This document shows positions 56,892 through 64,000 of a stretch of 64,000 nt of DNA, in pieces. Source of the stretch: Utricularia gibba (taxonomy: Eukaryota > Plantae > Magnoliophyta). Made by a program: the position numbers and the translations under genes. The stretch is taken from contig CM007991.1 of assembly GCA_002189035.1 (NCBI GenBank), positions 3,658,001-3,722,000 of the forward strand. The letters run 5' to 3'. The notes beneath the pieces were generated by a model. The model searched no databases. It was not told the DNA's origin and saw only the letters and a list, made by a program, of their open reading frames with translations. Within the stretch, counting starts at the first letter, position 1; the number at the start of each line of letters is the position of its first letter.

Positions 56892-57266
56892 TAGAATTCG
56901 GCCGGTTCCAAAACCGCCGGTTCTTGTTCGGTTTTATTGTTGAACCAGAATCAATGGTTTCTGATTCTCCGATTCTTTTTCTTTTTTATTCCGGTTCTGG
57001 TTCTGGAACCATTAGAACTATAAGGAATTGAAATCATTAGAATATATTAGAAACTATTATTTTATAATTGTATTTGATATATTTATATTATTTTTCCATG
57101 AAACTAATGATTATGATTGTTCAATTATTCAAACAGAACCAGAACCACTCTTCGGTTCCAAGTTGAAACCGGAACCTGTGTGGTATATTGGTTCCGGTTC
57201 CAAACCGGAACTGAACCAATGGTTTCGGTTTAAACCACGATTAGATTCTGAACCGGTCGAACTCTA
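56892..57266. mobile_element. Non-autonomous hAT-type MITE (375 bp)
   Basis: TIRs TAGAATTCGGCCGGTTC and GAACCGGTCGAACTCTA (15/17 match), a perfect 8-bp TSD ATAACAAT (56884-56891 and 57267-57274), and many subterminal AACCG/CGGTT motifs. Confidence 0.9.
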
Positions 57267-57497
57267 ATAACAATGATCCGAGTTGAAACCTGCCTCACAA
57301 GTGTCTGCTACCACAATGCTGTTATTGGATTACAGCTTCAAATTACACAACATATTCAAAATATTTTCATATAAAAACATGTATTTTCCATCTATATTTT
57401 TTTTATAAAACATTTTTAATACATCAATTCCTCCAGAACACACCCCACCTTTATTCTGTATCGAACGGAACATTTCTTGTGCTGCAGCAAAAGCAAG

Positions 57498-60400
57498 ATG
57501 TCTGATCTGGGAGGGATCTTTGGATCTCCTTCTCTCCCGCTGTTGCTTCTGCAGTTGAAATCAGCCGTGCCTACCAGGCACAAGAGAGTCGAAGTTCAAT
57601 TTGCGAGGTTATCTCAAAGCTTGACTGAAGTAATCGGAGTTCTCGAAGATGTAGAGGAGCAACATGTAGCCGATAAATCAGTGACATTATGGCTGGAGGA
57701 AGTCAGAGATGCGGCCTATGACTTGGATGATATTTTGGATGAAATTAAAGCCCGTGATCTGATTCGGAGATCCCAATGCAAGAGGCAGGTGATATCACAA
57801 CTTTGTAGTTGTTGTAGTCCTCAACTCGTCATTTTTAACCATTATATGGTGTCAAAGATAGATGAGATCACAGGTAGATTGCAAGATATAGAAAAGCAGA
57901 TGATTGATTTGAGATTGAGTGACAAGAGCAGAGGTCCAGGGAACAGAAGCCCAATTCCAGTTACAAGGATACTAAAATCTGGGGTTTCTCCACATAACCA
58001 TGTATTTGGAAGAGAGAAGGAAAAAGATGCGATAATCAAAATGTTATCTGCGGATAGCGATGATTTGTTGGTCATCTCTGTTGTTGGAATGGGGGGTATT
58101 GGCAAAACGACTCTTGCTAATTCAGTTTGCTATGACCCAGAAGTTGAAAAATATTTTGATGTGATTGTTTTTGTGTATGTTTCTAAAGATTTCGATAAGA
58201 TTGTGCTGACCAAAAAGATTTGTGAAGGTGTAATGCTCATAGATTCTGATTCCATGATGTTCCATGCTCTACAAAAGCGTCTAGAGGAGGAACTGCAAGC
58301 CATGAAGTTTCTCATTGTCTTGGATGATATCTGGAATGAAGAGTACGATGAGTGGATTGATCTAATAAGTCCTCTTCGTGGTCTACCAGGAAGCAGGATC
58401 ATAGTAACTACTCGTAGCGAGGCTGTTGCAAAAATGGTTGGCTCCTGTGATGTGCCTTCTCTGTATTTGAGTTTGCTGACTAATGAGGACAGCTTATCAC
58501 TGATGGAACAACATGCTAACATATGTTTTGACGACTGTCCAGAATTTAGAGATGTTGGGATGAAGTTGATAGAAAGGTGTGAAGGCTTGCCCTTGGCAGT
58601 TAAGGCACTTGGCGGGGCTTTACACTCGAAAGCCAGGAAGGAAGAGTGGGAGGAGGTGCTGTGTAACAAGATATGGGATTTACGTGGAAGTGGCATTCTT
58701 CCGGTTTTATGGTTAAGCTATTTTGATCTTCCACCCCATCTGAAGAGAATTGTTGCTTATTGCTCAATACTTCCCAAAGGCTATGAATTTGAAAAAGATC
58801 AGCTTGTGCTTCTATGGATGGGAGATGGATTGCTGGAGCAACACCCGGATAGTCAAACTAAAGAAGAATGGGGTGATAAATGCTTCACTGATCTATTGTT
58901 CAGAACATTTTTTCAGTCTTGCGGCAAAACCAAGTCAAGTTTTGTGATGCATGACATTTTGAATGACTTGGCTCAGTATGTTGCTCAGGAGACTTGCTAT
59001 CATCTCGGAAACAAACCCTCTCAAGCTCAGAAACCAGAGAAGATACGCCATTGTTCTTTTCTTCATCAGCGATATCAAGTTTTCAATAAGCTTGAGGGTA
59101 TTCAACAAGCAAGGGGCTTGAGAACCTTATTGTCTGCACCAGTCTGCTCTTCTTGGTCGATTTCCTCCTACATGTCATCCAAGATTGTATCTGAGTTACT
59201 GCCTAAGCTGCCGAACTTAAGAGTTTTGTCTCTCTGCAACTCAAATATTGAGGAGCTTCCAAGTTCAGTTTGTGAGTTGATACATTTACGTTATCTCAAT
59301 CTCTCTCAAACTCATATCGCCAAATTGCCTGATTCGTTGGATAAACTTGTTCTCTTAGAAACATTATCCGTCAGTGAATGTGGGAATTTGGAGAGGTTGC
59401 CAGAATCTTTGGGAAATTTGCCTTTCCTACGTCATCTTGACAACTCGGAGACTTACAAGGTTGAGTATATTCCTTCTGCAGTAGGAAAGATGAAATGCCT
59501 ACAGACATTGCCACTAGTGACTCTGAGCAAACACAAGGGGTTAAGAGTGAAAGAGTTACGATCTCTGGAGCATTTAGTTGGTGCACTAACCATACGGGGC
59601 TTGGAGAATATTACAGCCAGAGACAGTGTGGAGGGATGTCTAAAGTCAAAAAGCAAGCTTCACAGTTTACATCTTGAGTGGAAAAGGCAGACTGACCCTG
59701 CTGGTGTTGGAATTCCTGAGGAGGAAGATGTCCTCGAAGGCTTGCAACCTCATGAAAACTTGAGAAGGCTGGAATTAAGTGGCTTTGGTGGATCAAAGTT
59801 CCCGCATTGGATTGGTGATGATTCATATCGAGCACTCTCTGATGTAACTCTACGGTGTTGGAATTGCACATTTTTACCTCCTCTTGGGCAACTTCCAAAC
59901 CTTGTGAAGCTGCACATACAAATTGATAATGTCAGTCGCATTGGGCAAGAGTTCTATGGAAATGGTACGACAATTCCATTTCCTAAGCTTGAAAGCTTGA
60001 CATTTTGTGAAATGCCAAACTTGAGGGAATGGGGTTGTCTACCTTGGAGTGAGAATGATGACTGCCAGCTCTTTTCTCGTCTTCAAGCTCTTGAAATTTC
60101 TTTCTGTGAAAAACTAGAAGATGTTCCACCATTGCCATTTCGCTCGCTCCGAAGTTTGATACTTTGGTCATGCAGTGATGTTCTGTTGCAGAGATTCCAT
60201 GGCCTTGGCTCACTAACTTACCTCGAAGCGAGAAGCATACCTGGGCTGCATCATTTGCCTCTCGAGCTTGTGCAATCCTTTTCATCACTGGAAAAACTAC
60301 ATATCTGGGCATGCGACGAGCTGGAAACATTATGGCCAGAGGATACTACACTTGAACATCTTAACCGTATGAAGACCATAAGAATACAAGAATGTCCAAG

Positions 60401-61477
60401 GCTACAGTGCTTGGGATATGGAATGGAGCAACTCCCTAGAACCCTTCGACGTCTGGAGGTGCATGACTGCCCCAGCCTTGTTTCCCTTTCAAATGATCCG
60501 TGCAACCTCAGCTCTTGCACACGGTTGGCTTTCATCCAATGTGGAAAGCTGGTGAGCTTACTGGAGAATGGTATGCCTCAAGGCCTCAGATCTCTCAAGT
60601 TAGATTTTTGCGATGCCTTGAAGTCTTTGTCGATGATCAACACCCCTCGTCTACAAGACTTGTCAATCATCAACTGCGGCTTGCAATCTCTGGGAACAGA
60701 GAATTTTCCGAGTTCCCTGAAAAGACTGGAATTATACAACTGCAGGGAGCTTGATCCTGTTCCAGATAGCAGTTTCATGTCGTTGGAAATTCTCCATCTG
60801 TGTGCTCGGGATGGCTCAGGGTATCCCTTCATCCAGCGTGTCCAGGATTTCGACACCTAGTGGAATTGAATCTGATTTACTGCGATACTGTAAAGCATAT
60901 ACAGGAATTGCCCCGTACTCTCAGATCACTTCGAATTGATGCCTGTGCCGCCCTCGAGTCTCTTCTTCCTGGTCATGTTCCATCCATAGGGTCACTGCAG
61001 ATGAAGGATTGCTCTCGACTCGACAATTTTCCAAGCTTCAGTTTCCCTTCAAGCTTATCAAGCCTCCAAGTGGTGAAATGTGAGAAGCTGAAACCGCTCA
61101 AGCAGTGGGGGCTTCGTTCACTCCCCAATCTGATAGAGCTCCATATTAAAGGAGGATTTCCAGACCTCCAGAAACTGAGCGATGATGATGATCCTTGTCT
61201 CTTCCCCCCTTCCCTGATTCGATTACGCATCGACGATTTCCCACTCCTGGATTCACTTAGCGAGGTTTTAGAAAATCTGAACTTACTCCAGTTCCTCGCT
61301 ATATGGCAATGTCAAAATCTCGGCATTCTGCCGAGCGAACGCCTGCTCCAGAATCTTCACCATCTGCAGTTGGGGTATTGCTCAATTCTCAAGGAAAAGT
61401 ACCTCAAAGTCGGAGATGATTACCTGAGGAGCAAACTTTCGATTCCCCTTGTGGAGTATTACTGGGAGTTTCTCTGA
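57498..61477 (+). CDS. CC-NBS-LRR disease resistance protein (RGA/R3a-like), intronless, frameshift at ~60800
   Basis: CC WLEEVRDAAYDLDDILDEI, P-loop GMGGIGKTTLA, kinase-2 LIVLDDIW, GLPLA, MHD and LRRs. ORF 57477-60860 continues as LRRs in another frame (60800-61477). Confidence 0.93.
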
Positions 61478-61903
61478 GCTCCAATGGCTGCATCGGTTTC
61501 TGCAGGTAGCTATTTGGGCCGTGGGTATGGCCCATCTCTATAGTGGCCCACATCCTCGATTGCCCAATTAGGGCCTGAAATGTGGTGGGGTTCTTTTTGT
61601 TTCTTTTATTATTATTATTGAAAAAAAAAACATTTTTCCAATAAAAAAAAGGAATACATCCATTTTACAAGAAAAATCTCCTTATCACACCAGCACTATG
61701 GCCTACAGCATCATCATTCATCATTCATCCATGTCTTATTTGGCTACAAGGGAGAGACACAGGCAGAAAGATACACACCAAGCCAACACACAGACAACCA
61801 GATTTCCATGCTCTGTGCAATTTTTAAAAGCAATTGTGATGCTGGACTTGATCAAGTTTGAATTTTTTTATGAAGAAAACCAGCACAAAATCAATGGACA
61901 CGG

Positions 61904-63081
61904 CTAAAGTAGATTCCATGTAAAACCAGGCTGTAGATGATGATCCACAGGTGGAGTTGCGGATGTAGATGAGGAGGGTGCATCTATCAGTGGAGCCACT
62001 GTGTTATCAAAGGTTTCCCATGCTGTAGTGACTACTGTAGGTGCTCCTGGTGCTGCTGCTGGTGCTGGTTGCTTGTTTTCCTGATTCAGAAAAGAAAATG
62101 TAACGCTCTTTTCATTTTGCTTCTTCTCAGGCCTGGTGTTCTGATGAAAAGGCTCATTGCTGGATGAGGATGGTGAAGAGTTTTTGAGCTTCAGAAGATC
62201 AATTTTCTCAACCAAGGCCTGCACTCTTTTCACCTTCAAAGTAGAAAGACAGATGTGATCTAGGAAACTAGAGAATCCATGGTACAATGTTAACAGCAAT
62301 GTCATCATCAAACTACTCACTTGCTGTGACTTAGCATCACAATCAGCAGGGACATTATCAAGTTGAAGTAACTGATTCATGAGTGAATCATTCAGTTTTA
62401 TAAGATCACTGTGCACTACTTTCTCTCCTCTAGAAACCACAGTTTCAAATATTGAGACCTGATGAAATCCAACGGATAGAAGTTAGTTCAATGCGATGAA
62501 AGTTGCAGATGAATGAAAGAGAGATTAGGAATTGGTATCACCTTTTTGGCTAGTTTATCGATCTGTAATGATATGTGGGAGATGATGACTGAAACTTTTT
62601 CAATCTGGGATTTCTTCTTCATCTCTAAGTAGCGCTTTTCTTTGCTGATAGGATCCTCTAACAGCACAAGTTTCGACTTATCCTTGACTCCGGATGTATC
62701 AAGAAATGCTTTAGAATCCCTTTCTCTGTTCTTGAAATACAGTTTCTGATCCTGCTGGTGCAGCCCTGTTACCCCAGATAACAGTTTCTTCAATTCCCCT
62801 GAGACCCAATTCGCACAATGAGACAAAAAGATTCTCAATTCAATTCAAACTGGAAGCCGAAATTGGGAATTACCAAAACTGGCTTCGCAGCTGATGTGAA
62901 TTTCATGGTTTACGTCACCATACTTAACGCGAACCCGTATTTTACGCGGCGGCAACCGTGAATCGTCCTCGTCGGCGCGTTTTTGCACCACCATTCCGCC
63001 GGGCCGGAGCTCCCACTTCTTCCCTCCACCTTCACCATCCAACGGCAGCGGCAAGCCGGCGTTGGTCTCCATCCGCATCAT
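61904..63081 (-). CDS. BAG family chaperone regulator (ubiquitin-like + BAG domain, BAG1-3 type), 4 exons
   Basis: WELRPGGMVVQKR, HEIHISCEASFGELKK, DQKLYFKNRERDS and C-terminal VVTTAWETF. Confidence 0.92.
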
Positions 63082-64000
63082 TTTGAATCGCAAAAACGCG
63101 GCGGCGGAAACTGGGATCGCGGTAAAGGAAAAAGCGAACCCCCGGGGAACAATCGAAAAAAAAATGTGAGGAAAATTGCACCCACAAAGACAAAGAAAAC
63201 CCAACTATTAATGAAGACAACAGATAACTGCTACGCCAGCTGTTGTTTCTCTTTCTCTCGCTCTTGTGGCTGAAACGAATCTACAACAAATCCTCCGTAT
63301 CACCTTTACCTCGTCGTAGTTATTGCGACTGTAATTTCCTCTCCTTTTTTTCAAAACAACTCCTGGCGATGATCCAAACCCAAACGCGCCTGAGGAGCAA
63401 GTCTTATAGAAAAAAGGTAGAATCTTGAAGCGACAGAAGACAGAGAGAGAAACCGTCGGCGGCAGCCGGCAGAGTGGACGAATCACGAATCTCATTCTCA
63501 ATCCATCGCCATCTTCATTCTCGCCCACCCTCCAAGTGTGCAAACCTTTTTTCCCTCAAAAAAAACATTAATTTTCCAATAATCAGAGAAATTAATTTAA
63601 TAATTAAAATTGAGGAAATAAAAAAAATGTTAGGTTCGGAGCTGGTACATAATTGAGGTTCGGTACACTGCTTTTAAGAAATAATTATACTTATTTATTT
63701 TTTATGTTTTCAAAAAAATATTTTAAAAACAATTGTAGTATCAAATTAATGAACTTTTATTTCAAAAAATAATTTCTTATTTTTTAATAAGCCTAGAATA
63801 TTAATATTTAATAATAATAAGCTCGGGTCTACCCCAACGTGTCCGGTGAGGTGTCGGTGCTGTGAGGTTTGAACGAACCGGCTTTCATTTTAATAACCCG
63901 GTTCGGTCCATTCATGAAATGGGTCATGTCGAACAGCACTGTTTTGAAATCATTGAAGTTTGATTATTTAAATAATACTTTTTTATTTTTTCAAATTAAT

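Overview
This is gene-dense flowering-plant nuclear DNA with 21 protein-coding genes and one tRNA-Val(AAC) in 64 kb. Most introns are about 65-100 nt and the spacers are very AT-rich. I rebuilt the exon structures by hand from splice sites. Gene order: BRCT protein, TIR1, LUMINIDEPENDENS, tRNA-Val, universal stress protein, Peter Pan, UDP-xylose synthase, SmD2, monoacylglycerol lipase-like hydrolase, MED28, DUF538, epoxide hydrolase, pectin methylesterase, GH9 endoglucanase, RPL19, GH28 polygalacturonase, DUF789, Di19, VND-like NAC, plastid phosphoglucomutase, CC-NBS-LRR, BAG. I found no rRNA, CRISPR array or autonomous transposon. Best-supported observations: (1) three minor-spliceosome (U12) introns (two AT-AC, one GT-AG) and four GC-AG introns among roughly 100 introns, with SmD2 in the same window; (2) four genes (LD, PPAN, PGM, NLR) each broken by a frameshift that one extra G in a G-run repairs, most likely an assembly homopolymer error; (3) an intact hAT-type MITE with a perfect 8-bp target-site duplication 232 bp upstream of the single NLR; (4) a candidate NMD-triggering intron after the RPL19 stop codon; (5) several GC-rich islands with no assignable gene. 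I could not establish a clearly new biological system from the sequence alone. The U12 cluster, the RPL19 3' intron and the orphan islands are the leads most worth testing.
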